Shown: positions 51,516 through 61,169, numbered from the stretch's first letter. The stretch: DNA of 64,000 bases from Clostridia bacterium (GCA_045636325.1 JAZTXH010000008.1:63099-127098); one strand, 5' to 3'. The notes: generated from the letters alone by a model not told the origin. Made by a program: numbers and translations.

Positions 51516-52529
51516 ATGAATTTTGAGAATATCATAAATAAATTTATTGATTATCTTGAAAAAGAACTAAAAGAATTATCATCCGTTACATATAAAAGAA
51601 AGATTTATGTTTTCTATGAATATGTTACGATTAAACTACAAGCAAAAGATGTTAATTTTCAAAGTATTCTAACGGCAATGAGAACAGAACAATTTTTAGA
51701 AGCATTAGAATATTATGTGAAAACTTATAATATTAAATTTGCCACAACTGCTTGGAACTATTTTTTTGCCATTTCAAGTTTTTATCAATTTCTTTATGAC
51801 GAGTTTAACTGGGAAAATAAACTTTTTTCAAACAAAAGCGAAAATGCTGAACTAAAAAAATGTTTTGAAGAAAAAATAGTTGAGTTAAAATTAAATACAA
51901 GTGAAAGAGTATTTCCGTTATCAAATGAACAAGCACGAGAGTTTATTTCATTATGCGATGAGATGTTAAGTATGTCAGATGATGAAATTTTAGACGGACA
52001 TACTAACGGAGATTTTTCTAATTACATATCTTCACTTATATGTAAAATAATTATATTGTATGGAACAAAGAATAATGTAATTAACAATATAAAACTTGAT
52101 GACTACAATCCTGCTCTAAATAAATTAAAAATAAATGATTTGTGGATACATCTTCCAGACAAATTAGCATTACAGATGTTGCGATATATTAAAATAAGAG
52201 AAAAATTAATAGAAGGAACAAAGAGTGACAAACTATTTGTTGATATAGTAAAGAATAGAAGAAATCTTGCTTATTCAAAAATGTTTAAGGTGCTAAATAA
52301 ATTTATGGGATATGATAAGGGCGGTGCTATTGCTAAATACGGAATTGTTCAAATGATACAATCTGGTGTTCCGTCTGGTTTGATAAAAAAATTTACTGGA
52401 TATAAAGATGTTGTATTTAACCATTGTGTTGAAATTGTTGATGAACAAAGTGGTATCGTTTTAATGAATGAGAAAAGCAAATTGTTAGATACAACTTTCA
52501 GAAAGCAAGAATTGTTTGATATAATGTGA
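51516..52529 (+). CDS. tyrosine-recombinase-fold protein lacking catalytic residues
   Basis: XerC-like N-terminus (FIDYL...LSSVTY...F), box I LYGTKNNVI, box II GAIAKY...SGVP...IKKFTGY...VFNHC. Confidence 0.65.
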   Translation: MNFENIINKFIDYLEKELKELSSVTYKRKIYVFYEYVTIKLQAKDVNFQSILTAMRTEQFLEALEYYVKTYNIKFATTAWNYFFAISSFYQFLYDEFNWENKLFSNKSENAELKKCFEEKIVELKLNTSERVFPLSNEQAREFISLCDEMLSMSDDEILDGHTNGDFSNYISSLICKIIILYGTKNNVINNIKLDDYNPALNKLKINDLWIHLPDKLALQMLRYIKIREKLIEGTKSDKLFVDIVKNRRNLAYSKMFKVLNKFMGYDKGGAIAKYGIVQMIQSGVPSGLIKKFTGYKDVVFNHCVEIVDEQSGIVLMNEKSKLLDTTFRKQELFDIM

Positions 52530-52530
52530 T

Positions 52531-52579
52531 ACTAAAAAACTGATGTTATTCCAAAACGGAACAACATCAGTTTTTTAGT
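52531..52579 (+). terminator. terminator of cargo operon
   Basis: ACTAAAAAACTGATGTT/AACATCAGTTTTTTAGT inverted repeat. Confidence 0.8.
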
Positions 52580-52590
52580 TCTCTTATAAT

Positions 52591-52612
52591 TTGTGGTAAA
52601 ATTGTGGTAAAA
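52591..52612. repeat. putative integrase arm-type sites (2 x 11 bp)
   Basis: TTGTGGTAAAA TTGTGGTAAAA. Confidence 0.75.
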
Positions 52613-52622
52613 CCCAAAAAGA

Positions 52623-52653
52623 AAATCCCAGAAACGGCTTGTTTCTGGGATTT
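52623..52653 (-). terminator. element-supplied replacement terminator for rpsI
   Basis: AAATCCCAGAAAC/GTTTCTGGGATTT inverted repeat just downstream of the rpsI stop, T-run on the minus strand. Confidence 0.8.
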
Positions 52654-52662
52654 GTAGTAGAT

Positions 52663-52676
52663 AATAATTATCTCTT
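52663..52676. repeat. att core, rpsI-proximal junction
   Basis: AATAATTATCTCTT overlapping the last codons and stop of rpsI. Confidence 0.9.
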
Positions 52677-53063
52677 ACTAAACTGTGGAGCACGACGAGC
52701 TGCCTTTAAGCCGTACTTCTTTCTTTCCTTCATTCTCGGGTCACGAGTAAGGAATCCAGCCTTCTTTAATGCACCGCGAAGTTCACCGTCAAACTCAAGA
52801 AGAGCACGGGCGATACCCAAACGGATAGCACCTGCCTGACCTGTGAAACCACCACCGGAAACATTAGCAATAACATCAAACTTTGCACCTGTTTCTGTAA
52901 GAGTCAAAGGTTGACGAACGATTACTTTTAATGTTTCTAAACCAAAATAATCATCAATACTTCTTTTGTTTATTGTTATTTCTCCTTTACCAGGTACTAA
53001 ACGTACTCTTGCAACGGAGCTCTTTCTTCTGCCTGTACCGTAATAAAATGCTTTATCTGCCAT
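52668..53063 (-). CDS. rpsI: 30S ribosomal protein S9
   Basis: [14 protein letters not shown]...[25 protein letters not shown]. Confidence 0.98.
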   Translation of the reverse strand: MADKAFYYGTGRRKSSVARVRLVPGKGEITINKRSIDDYFGLETLKVIVRQPLTLTETGAKFDVIANVSGGGFTGQAGAIRLGIARALLEFDGELRGALKKAGFLTRDPRMKERKKYGLKAARRAPQFSKR

Positions 53064-53080
53064 TTTCGTCTTCCTCCTTC

Positions 53081-53515
53081 TTATTTAATTTCGCCTGTCC
53101 AAGCCTGGGGTCTCTGAGCTGCATTTTCATGCTCGCTGCCTTTGTAAACGCGAAGTCTCTTAAGAGCCTTTGTGCCAAGAGTGTTATGGGGAAGCATACC
53201 TTCAACTGCCATATACATAGCCTCGTCACTCTTTTCAGCCATCAAGTTCTTATACTTGATTTCCTTAAGACCGCCAACCCAGCCTGTGTGGTAGTAACGA
53301 ATTTTCTGGTCAATTTTCTTACCTGTAAGAACCGCTTTGTCTGTGTTAACAATAATTACATAATCACCGCAATCAACATTGGGCGTAAAAGTAGGAAGAT
53401 GCTTACCTCTAAGAATAGAAGCTGCAGCAGCAGCAACTCTGCCAAGGGGCTTATCTGTTGCATCTATAATGTACCAATTTTTTTTGTCATCAGCTTTTGC
53501 CATATAGCTACTCAT
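53081..53515 (-). CDS. rplM: 50S ribosomal protein L13
   Basis: WYIIDA...LGR...[16 protein letters not shown]; AAGGAGG RBS. Confidence 0.98.
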   Translation of the reverse strand: MSSYMAKADDKKNWYIIDATDKPLGRVAAAAASILRGKHLPTFTPNVDCGDYVIIVNTDKAVLTGKKIDQKIRYYHTGWVGGLKEIKYKNLMAEKSDEAMYMAVEGMLPHNTLGTKALKRLRVYKGSEHENAAQRPQAWTGEIK

Positions 53516-53519
53516 AAAA

Positions 53520-53624
53520 TGTACCTCCTTAAAATATTCAATAGTTTCAGGTATATGCCGTGAAATACACACACCCGATCATTGTTACCTATGATATTGT
53601 AATACAAAAGTTTCCTTTTGTCAA
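53520..53624 (-). promoter_or_regulatory. rplM promoter and leader hairpin (probable L13 leader)
   Basis: TTGACA-17-TACAAT (53624-53596); leader hairpin GGGUGUGUGU/GCAUAUACCU with G-U pairs. Confidence 0.6.
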
Positions 53625-53766
53625 GTACTTTTTAAAAAAAATTAATTTATTTTTTCAAAACTCTTGTTTTCTTCGATTTTCTCTCTAAATCTCTTTATAT
53701 CTCAGTTTTAATTTTTTAAAAAAACTAAATAAATATACCCTTACAATTAATTGTAAGGGTATATTT

Positions 53767-54243
53767 TTAGCTGATTTCAAGAATTTTAAAAGTAACAACC
53801 CCACCGGGAGTTTCAACATTTACAACGTCACCGACTTTTTTACCGATTAAGGCTTTACCTACGGGAGATTCATAAGAAAGTTTATTGTTAGCAGGGTCTG
53901 ATTCTGTAGGACCTACGATTGCGTAAATTTCATCTTCTTTAAATTCTTCATCAAATAATTTAACTGTTTTACCTACGCTAACACTATCTGTAGAGCCATT
54001 GTTATCTTCTACAACATGCGCAACTTTTAACATACCTTCAATTTGTGCAATTCTTGCTTCAACCTGAGCCTGTTCGTTTTTTGCCTCGTCATACTCAGAA
54101 TTTTCAGATAAATCACCAAAAGCTAAAGCTTGTTTGATTTTTTCTGATACTTCTTTTCTTTTTACTAATTTTAATTGGTCTAGTTCTTCTTCTAATTTCC
54201 GAAGACCTTCCGCTGTCATCAATATTTCTTTTGCGTTTGCCAT
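53767..54243 (-). CDS. greA: transcription elongation factor GreA
   Basis: [19 protein letters not shown]. Confidence 0.96.
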   Translation of the reverse strand: MANAKEILMTAEGLRKLEEELDQLKLVKRKEVSEKIKQALAFGDLSENSEYDEAKNEQAQVEARIAQIEGMLKVAHVVEDNNGSTDSVSVGKTVKLFDEEFKEDEIYAIVGPTESDPANNKLSYESPVGKALIGKKVGDVVNVETPGGVVTFKILEIS

Positions 54244-54332
54244 TTTATATTTACTCCTCCTCGGGCAACCTAATGTAACCCAAATATTCTTATTTCAAAA
54301 ATATAACTTTATAAATTATACAGTAAAAAATA

Positions 54333-55190
54333 TTATTTGTCAAGCATTATTTTGCTTTTTGCACAAAAACCGTTAAAAATTGCACCTGAATCATTAAGAG
54401 TTGCGGAAATATCTCCATTTGAAATAACATCCGTGTTACAAAGATATAAAAGGAATTCTGCAAATTTATTATCAAATACTGTAAAATAGGGAAGTAGTTT
54501 GTTAAATGAAGAGGGCATTTTAAATTTTAGAGAATTTAAACAATAAAATTGATATTCTCCCGCAATATCCACTATAACTGTTTTTTCATCTGTACATAAA
54601 TCTGATACTTTATCAAGAAGAAACAAAAAATCGTATGACTTATTTAGAGTTATGTCGGTTTGGGTATCTATACACAAACCGTAGACATTTAATAAATCAT
54701 TGCTGTACTCTTCAAGTTTTTCAGAGTTCTCACTTATTATTGTGATATTTTTAAAATGTTGCGCAAAGTCACATAAAATTTTAAAACCAGTGTGATTAAA
54801 ATTTTTTTGATATATCCCGATTTTTGCGTTTTCTTTATCAAATTTAAATTGTTGTACAAGCTTTAATGCACCATATACGGCATATTCTTTTAAAACTGTT
54901 TTTCCGTCAGGAATTGTAAAATATTTTTTTAAATCTGAAAATTCACTGCAATCTGTGATTCCGGCACAATGTAGGCAATAGATTTCGTTTTTTTGGAGTG
55001 TTTTCAAAAGCTTTTCTGAAAGTTTTTTTCGCTTTTTACTATCCAAGGCATAGAAACAATCTGTTGTGTAGGGAAGGTTAATTATAAAAAGCGGTTCTTC
55101 AATATCTGAAACATTAATATATTCACACTTAAATAATGATTTAAAAAGCTTTTTTTTATAGGTGCTGCAAGTTATTACGGCACATTTCAT
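54333..55190 (-). CDS. hypothetical protein
   Basis: 285-aa ORF with AAGGA RBS; alpha/beta pattern; CATATAAT upstream (sigmaE/K-like -10). Confidence 0.6.
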   Translation of the reverse strand: MKCAVITCSTYKKKLFKSLFKCEYINVSDIEEPLFIINLPYTTDCFYALDSKKRKKLSEKLLKTLQKNEIYCLHCAGITDCSEFSDLKKYFTIPDGKTVLKEYAVYGALKLVQQFKFDKENAKIGIYQKNFNHTGFKILCDFAQHFKNITIISENSEKLEEYSNDLLNVYGLCIDTQTDITLNKSYDFLFLLDKVSDLCTDEKTVIVDIAGEYQFYCLNSLKFKMPSSFNKLLPYFTVFDNKFAEFLLYLCNTDVISNGDISATLNDSGAIFNGFCAKSKIMLDK

Positions 55191-55284
55191 ATTAATAATA
55201 TATCCTTTCGATGTGTTGTTTTATACATTATATGAAAGTTAAACAAAAAAATGTGTGCTTTTTTTGAACACACATTTTTTTTGT

Positions 55285-56490
55285 TTACGCATCGTAATTA
55301 GGATCATTATAGACATCCAGTCGAACATCGTCAAGTATAACATCTGCATCAAAGAATTTTGAAAGAGACTCTTTCTGGAATCTTAATGCTATACCGTCAA
55401 AGTGCCAACGTTGGGTTACGACACCGTTGGATGCGTAATAATAATACGCTTCATCACCAACGCCACACAGAATCTTAAAGCCTTTATCAGAAAACATATC
55501 AAACTTTGAATCAGTAACAGGAACAGTGCTTCCAAATGGGTAGAGATATACTTCGGTAGGACCAATAAGGTATTCTATTTCATCAATCCATTTTTGGGTG
55601 TCATATTCAAGTTTATCATAACTAATGGAAGATGCATCGTAATGACCATAACTGTGGGATGCAAAGGTCCAACCTGTTTCTTTTAATCTTTTTATAACAG
55701 GCTTTACGGCTTCAATTTCCTTTTCTCGGTCAGGGTTGGGAATTCTGTCTCCTTGCAAATCTTCAGGATTACGTATCTTTGATTGCGTTCTGTAACCTAA
55801 AATACCTTCGTAACCTGTGACACCTATAATTCCTTTTGCTCCGTTCCAGGAAAAATCAGGGTGTTTTTTTACAAAATCATCAAGCATCGGAACAATAGCA
55901 AGGTCACGGCGGATTTCTTCTTTTTCGGTTTCGGGGTCAACTGTAAACGCTGAAACCTCGTTATTATCATCAACAACAAGTTTGTGAACGGTGCCATTTT
56001 CTATCATATATTCATAGTAATTTGTGTCGTCAATTGACAGAATGAAAGGAATTTTTTCAGGAGGAAGCATAAGTGTTTTTTGCTTATAGCGTCCGGTTTC
56101 CTTGTCAAATTGATAAACATCCTCAATGTTAATAAGTATGTAATTATTTTTATACATTTCTTCTAAAATACGGCCAAACTCAGTTGCAGTTACGAAATAG
56201 TCATCAAAACCTTTGGACATATAATCAAGATCGAATGCAAGTTCAGGATACGCTACTAACGGATGGAAAAACACATGGTCAACCCAGTCTGTATATTCCA
56301 CAAGCTCACCTTCATAAACATATGGTGTTGGTTCAGGTGATGGTTCTACAACATCAGTGCTTGCTGGCTTTGCTTCTTTATTAGCGCTGCATGATATAAG
56401 AGAAAAGATTCCTGCAATGATTAAAATAATGAAAACGCAGGTGCATATTATAAATTTCGTAAATTTTTTTTTGTTCGTGACTTTTAGCAT
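55285..56490 (-). CDS. membrane-anchored polysaccharide deacetylase family protein
   Basis: N-terminal TM, HVFFHPL, LSIDD, FASHSYGH, YPFG. Confidence 0.85.
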   Translation of the reverse strand: MLKVTNKKKFTKFIICTCVFIILIIAGIFSLISCSANKEAKPASTDVVEPSPEPTPYVYEGELVEYTDWVDHVFFHPLVAYPELAFDLDYMSKGFDDYFVTATEFGRILEEMYKNNYILINIEDVYQFDKETGRYKQKTLMLPPEKIPFILSIDDTNYYEYMIENGTVHKLVVDDNNEVSAFTVDPETEKEEIRRDLAIVPMLDDFVKKHPDFSWNGAKGIIGVTGYEGILGYRTQSKIRNPEDLQGDRIPNPDREKEIEAVKPVIKRLKETGWTFASHSYGHYDASSISYDKLEYDTQKWIDEIEYLIGPTEVYLYPFGSTVPVTDSKFDMFSDKGFKILCGVGDEAYYYYASNGVVTQRWHFDGIALRFQKESLSKFFDADVILDDVRLDVYNDPNYDA

Positions 56491-56568
56491 TAATAAAATC
56501 CCCCTTGCTGTAATTATAATACAATTATATTACAATTATCGACAAAGAGCAAGAGGGAAAATAAAAAA

Positions 56569-56949
56569 TTATATAATATTTTCAAAACTGAAAGCTGTGG
56601 TTTCAGTTACACAGTTTATACTTGCGCGCAATTCTGATACTGAGAGCATCGCTTCTGCACTGTCAAATGTCTGCAGGAAATTTTCAAGCTGAAGAACAGC
56701 GTTATCAATATCAAAAAGTAGTTCATGCTCAATAATCAAACTAAGTTTAAATCGCATTTTTAACCATTTATCAGAAAAAATTTTTAATTCTTCTTTTAGA
56801 GTTTGAATATCTTCTTTTTGAACGGCATTTTCTATTTTATTTGTGTGTTCAACAAGCGTCTGCATATAGTTTGTTGTAACTATAAGTTCTGTGATGCCCA
56901 ATGTGGTAATACATAAAAAAATTATAAAAGATACGCTAACTGCTTTCAT
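56569..56949 (-). CDS. DUF4363-like protein
   Basis: N-terminal TM, W...LSLIIEH motif; partner of the DUF421 gene. Confidence 0.75.
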   Translation of the reverse strand: MKAVSVSFIIFLCITTLGITELIVTTNYMQTLVEHTNKIENAVQKEDIQTLKEELKIFSDKWLKMRFKLSLIIEHELLFDIDNAVLQLENFLQTFDSAEAMLSVSELRASINCVTETTAFSFENII

Positions 56950-56950
56950 T

Positions 56951-57655
56951 TTAATTTCCTCTTTTTTGGGGTTTGCCTTTTTTCTTTTGAATAAAAAGAT
57001 TACCTTCACAGGTAATTGTTGCAATAAAAACATCTTCGATTTTGTTTATATTATTTTTTTTCAATTGAGAATTGAGCCAACTTTTTGTTTTTCCGGAACG
57101 TTTAAGTTTATCTGCATTTAAAATTCCGTCAGAAATAATGGTGCATGGATAATTCTTTTCGTTAGGAATAATATTTAAATCAGCTGGCGTAAGTGGTTGT
57201 GCAGAGGCTTTTGGGATGACACTTACCTGACCGCTGGTTTCAAGAATTGCATAATCAACCTGAGAAATATCAGGAATATTATTCTGTCTTAATTCTTCCA
57301 GTAGGTCTTCCAGATTAAATCTTTGTTTTTTTAATTCATCTTCAAGTATTTTTCCTTTGTATATTAAAATGCTTGATTCACCGGATAATAAACGTCTGAA
57401 TTTATTGTTTTTTAAGCAAAACCATGATAAAAGCAACTCTGCTCCTATAAGTGTAAATATTGGTATTACTCCATAAAGTATAGGAGTATTACTGCTTTCA
57501 ATGGGAATAGAAGCAAGGTCGGATATCATTATTGCAATTACCAGTTCTGCCGGTTGAAGTTGTCCTACCTGTCTTTTTCCCATAAATCGTATAGCAAGTA
57601 TTACAAGAATATATAAAACAAGTGTTCTTAAGAAAATGACAAGAATTAAAATCAC
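56951..57655 (-). CDS. DUF421 / YetF family membrane protein
   Basis: RFMGKRQVGQL...AILETSGQVSVIPK...IISDG. Confidence 0.9.
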   Translation of the reverse strand: MILILVIFLRTLVLYILVILAIRFMGKRQVGQLQPAELVIAIMISDLASIPIESSNTPILYGVIPIFTLIGAELLLSWFCLKNNKFRRLLSGESSILIYKGKILEDELKKQRFNLEDLLEELRQNNIPDISQVDYAILETSGQVSVIPKASAQPLTPADLNIIPNEKNYPCTIISDGILNADKLKRSGKTKSWLNSQLKKNNINKIEDVFIATITCEGNLFIQKKKGKPQKRGN

Positions 57656-57705
57656 CTTCTATTGTATTTTATTTTATTTTTTTCGTTAAGAACAAAACTT
57701 ATACA

Positions 57706-59157
57706 TTATTTTTTATATAAATCCAGTATGATTTTTTGCAGTTGATTTACAATAAACGGAATAAAAGCCATAGATATTACAAGTAACCATGCACTTGCTG
57801 AAATCGGAGTTGTAGCATTATAAATCAGTGCTGTTACAGTAATTACTGCTGAAATTCCTGCCAGAAATGAAATGGCAGTAAATTTATTTGTTAAAAGACC
57901 AATAATAAATATATTTTTTTCGCTTCTCATGTTAACAGAATACAACAAAACAGATATAATATAAGTATTTATACACATAATATTTGCGCAACTTTTAGAA
58001 AAATTTATACTTGAAAGCATAAAAATTATAAAGCATATGATACTTAACAGAAGCCCGTCAAGAAATATATTGCCCAATCGTTCGCGAAATAAAAAATAAT
58101 TATTATTTTCCTGAATGTTATCAAGTATTAATATACTGGGAGGAAGAATTTCACAAATTAAATTTGCAAAAAGCAACATCACAGGCGAAAAAGGTAATTC
58201 TCTGCAGAAAAATATGCAAAGAAAAGATGCTAATATTTTTGCTATAGATAAAGTAATCATATATGATATACATTTTTTATATCGATTGTAAAGTAAACTG
58301 ATTGAATGTGTAATGGTCGAAATATATCTTACATCTTTTTCAGGAATATTAAAATCAGCGGCTCTTGTAACGGAAATTTTGCAGCACAAAGCAGACATTT
58401 CTTTTTCACTGACAAGAATATAATTTTTGTTTAAAAGTCTTATGATGCTTAAAAGTGAACTTATATTTGTATTGGGAAACACATAGATTCTATTTTTTTC
58501 AAAAGAGGATAAATTAGTTTTATCCATGCTTGAAAATACAGAATTTTCACTTAAAAACGGCAATTTTGTTTTAAGTTGTTCTTGCGTTAAGTCAGAAGTT
58601 AGAAGAATTGTTCTAACTTCGCACAATTCGTTTAATAAATTTAAATTTGTAAAATTTTCGATTTTATCTATAATGAGAAGTTTGCTGTTATAAATATCAT
58701 AGGTTGATTCAGGATTGCAAAGATAAATTTTATTGCGCTTGAATTCTGCATCCGTTCTAAAAAAAGAGATAAGGGAGAAAAGAAGAAAATTTAATGGAAA
58801 AACGGCATAAAGAAGTGCAAACAAATAAATTATTATTTTGTTTACAGTAACACAAGAAGAATAATAATTCATTATAAACAAAAATATACATGTGAGTAAG
58901 AAAGCAAAGCTTAACAAGATTGTTTGCCTTAGAGAAATTTTAAAAATATCACAAAAATTTTTTCCGTATCTTTTATTATACAGCTTAAGTAATATAGACT
59001 GGACTATCAAAATGATTGTTGTATATAATACAGAAGCTGAAAAAAAAGAAAGATAACTTTTTTTACCTGAAATAAAAAAGTATATTAAGAAAATACTCGT
59101 ATAAATGTATGGCAAAATATATATCTTAGTTGAGAGTTTTTTAGTGTTCATATGCAT
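57706..59157 (-). CDS. degenerate P-type (Ca2+-like) ATPase homologue
   Basis: C-terminal TM block PFSPVMLLFANLICEILP (cf. PL.PIQLLWINLVTD.LP); IIDKIENFT at the DKTGTLT position; ILLTSD at the MITGD position. Confidence 0.6.
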   Translation of the reverse strand: MHMNTKKLSTKIYILPYIYTSIFLIYFFISGKKSYLSFFSASVLYTTIILIVQSILLKLYNKRYGKNFCDIFKISLRQTILLSFAFLLTCIFLFIMNYYSSCVTVNKIIIYLFALLYAVFPLNFLLFSLISFFRTDAEFKRNKIYLCNPESTYDIYNSKLLIIDKIENFTNLNLLNELCEVRTILLTSDLTQEQLKTKLPFLSENSVFSSMDKTNLSSFEKNRIYVFPNTNISSLLSIIRLLNKNYILVSEKEMSALCCKISVTRAADFNIPEKDVRYISTITHSISLLYNRYKKCISYMITLSIAKILASFLCIFFCRELPFSPVMLLFANLICEILPPSILILDNIQENNNYFLFRERLGNIFLDGLLLSIICFIIFMLSSINFSKSCANIMCINTYIISVLLYSVNMRSEKNIFIIGLLTNKFTAISFLAGISAVITVTALIYNATTPISASAWLLVISMAFIPFIVNQLQKIILDLYKK

Positions 59158-59311
59158 GTCTCCTTTATTTGTATTTATTTAAAGTATATGCAATATAATA
59201 AGAAATCTTTACCTAAAAAATTTGAAATTTAATAAGATTTAGTCATATATGAAAATTTAAGTACTGCCAATTATATGAACTGCATAAACTTAAGATATGG
59301 AGGTGGAAAAT

Positions 59312-59728
59312 ATGAGCCAAACAGGAAAAGTAAAAATAGTTACATACATATCACAAATGACGATTCCGATTGAAAATGCAAAAGTTTTTGTATATACGGA
59401 AAACAATAATGAAAGACAACTTATTGCAGTAAGAAACACCGATAGAAATGGTGAAACAACATTGATAGAAGTAGAAACACCGAATAAATCAGAGAGTCTT
59501 GCACCGCTTGAAAACGGGAGCGAAAATCCTTTTGCAAGTGTAAATATATTTGTAGAAGCCGAAGGATTCAGAAGTGTTTTAGTTCATGATGCACAGGTGT
59601 TTGCGGATAATGTTACACTACAAAATGTAGAAATGGTGCCATTGGGCGAACCTGCTATACGTGAGCAGGATAAAACAATAGATGTTTTTGTTACTCCTCA
59701 ATTATTGAATACACAGACAGGAGAGTGA
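59312..59728 (+). CDS. beta-sandwich protein resembling the SleC N-terminal prepro region
   Basis: PIENAKV...TDRNGET...ETP....S...PFA...VEAEGF...QVFAD; GGAGG RBS; directly upstream of the SleC-like gene. Confidence 0.65.
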   Translation: MSQTGKVKIVTYISQMTIPIENAKVFVYTENNNERQLIAVRNTDRNGETTLIEVETPNKSESLAPLENGSENPFASVNIFVEAEGFRSVLVHDAQVFADNVTLQNVEMVPLGEPAIREQDKTIDVFVTPQLLNTQTGE

Positions 59729-59732
59729 TTTT

Positions 59733-61169
59733 ATGCCAACAATAATACCTTTTGTTCCTACATATATTACAGTTCATCTTGGCGCACCTGATGAAAACGC
59801 TAATAATGTGACAGTGAGTTTTCCCGATTATATAAAAAATGTTGCATCAAGCGAAATATATCCAACATGGGATGAAAGTGCAATTTATGCCAATATTTAT
59901 GCACAGATTTCATATGCATTAAATAAGATATATACTGAGTTTTATCGAAGCAGAGGGTACGACTTTGATATAACAAATTCAACAGCTGTCGACCAGAAAT
60001 TTATATATGGAAGAAATATTTTTTCGAATATAGACAGAATTGTTGATAATATTTTCAATGATTATATAAGACGGGTAGGCTTCGCAGAGCCCTTGGCAGC
60101 AAAATACTGCGATGGCATAAATGTTACCTGTGACGGACTTTCACAATGGGGAAGTGAATCATTGGCAAATCAAGGTTATTCTTCATTTGATATACTGCAG
60201 TATTATTATGGAAATGATATTGAGCTTGTAAATAATGCACCTGTAAGAGCAGCGGTGAGGTCATATCCCGGATATCCCATAAGCAGAGGAGATACAGGTA
60301 TTTATGTAAATATTATTCAGACTGAACTGAATCAGATATCAAATCATTATCCTGCAATAGACAAAATATATCCGGTTGACGGTATATTCGGTCCTGCAAC
60401 AGAAAATTCCGTAAAACAATTTCAGGAAATATTTAATTTAAATCCTGACGGCATCGTAGGAAAGGATACATGGTATAAATTAGTATATGCTTATGTGGGA
60501 AATTTGCGATTAAATGAACTTAATTCGGAAGGTCAGCGGCTTTTTGGAGCAGAACTGTCATATCCTGATGCAATAAGCCTTGGTGACAGAGGCGAAAAAG
60601 TATCTGACCTGCAGTTCTTCCTTGCGGTAATTTCTTCAGTTGATGGCAGAATTCCTCCTGTTGTGATAGACGGAATTTTTGGTGATGATACTGAAAATGC
60701 AGTGAGAGCTTTTCAACGTGAATACGGATTGGTTGAAAATGGAGTGGTTGATGGTCAAACATGGGATGAAATATATGACGAGTTTAAGGGTGTGGCTGAC
60801 AGAGTTTATGGAGAGGAAGGCTTTGATGTAAATGGTTACCCTTATCCAGGATATGCAATAAGAGAGGGAGACGCCGGTGAAAATGTTTTAAGGATACAGA
60901 GACAACTTAATGCAATTGCAAATTCTAATGACGCTATATCAACTGTTGCAGAGGATGGTGTTTTTGGTGCAAACACAAGACGAGCGGTAGAAGAGTTTCA
61001 AAATTATTATGGTCTTGAAGTTGATGGAATTGTCGGCAGACAAACATGGGGAGCTATTCAACAGGTATTTTTATCGATTTTTTCAGCAGTAAATACAAGT
61101 GCAAAACAATTTCCTGGCAGTGCGCTTAAATTAGGCGATCGTGATCGATTTGAAGGAGGAAATGAATAA
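59733..61169 (+). CDS. SleC-like spore cortex-lytic enzyme with peptidoglycan-binding repeats
   Basis: VP.YITVHLG.P, DYIKNVASSEIYPTW, YCDG, LSQWGS; three PG_binding_1 repeats (DGIFG...DGIVG). Confidence 0.85.
   Translation: MPTIIPFVPTYITVHLGAPDENANNVTVSFPDYIKNVASSEIYPTWDESAIYANIYAQISYALNKIYTEFYRSRGYDFDITNSTAVDQKFIYGRNIFSNIDRIVDNIFNDYIRRVGFAEPLAAKYCDGINVTCDGLSQWGSESLANQGYSSFDILQYYYGNDIELVNNAPVRAAVRSYPGYPISRGDTGIYVNIIQTELNQISNHYPAIDKIYPVDGIFGPATENSVKQFQEIFNLNPDGIVGKDTWYKLVYAYVGNLRLNELNSEGQRLFGAELSYPDAISLGDRGEKVSDLQFFLAVISSVDGRIPPVVIDGIFGDDTENAVRAFQREYGLVENGVVDGQTWDEIYDEFKGVADRVYGEEGFDVNGYPYPGYAIREGDAGENVLRIQRQLNAIANSNDAISTVAEDGVFGANTRRAVEEFQNYYGLEVDGIVGRQTWGAIQQVFLSIFSAVNTSAKQFPGSALKLGDRDRFEGGNE

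Larger units (their letters stand above)
43284..52676. mobile_element. integrative (probably mobilizable) element inserted in the 3' end of rpsI
   Basis: 14-bp direct repeat AATAATTATCTCTT at 43284-43297 and 52663-52676 containing the rpsI stop codon; integrase near one end; xis, ardA and rep genes inside. Confidence 0.92.

Noticed and set aside
43284-52676. Prophage or inovirus
   Set aside because: No capsid, terminase, tail, lysis or Zot-like ATPase genes.
52931-53563. 210-aa plus-strand ORF and the many other antisense ORFs in the track
   Set aside because: Shadow ORFs opposite conserved genes (rplM/rpsI, pnp, leuS, sigA, recG).
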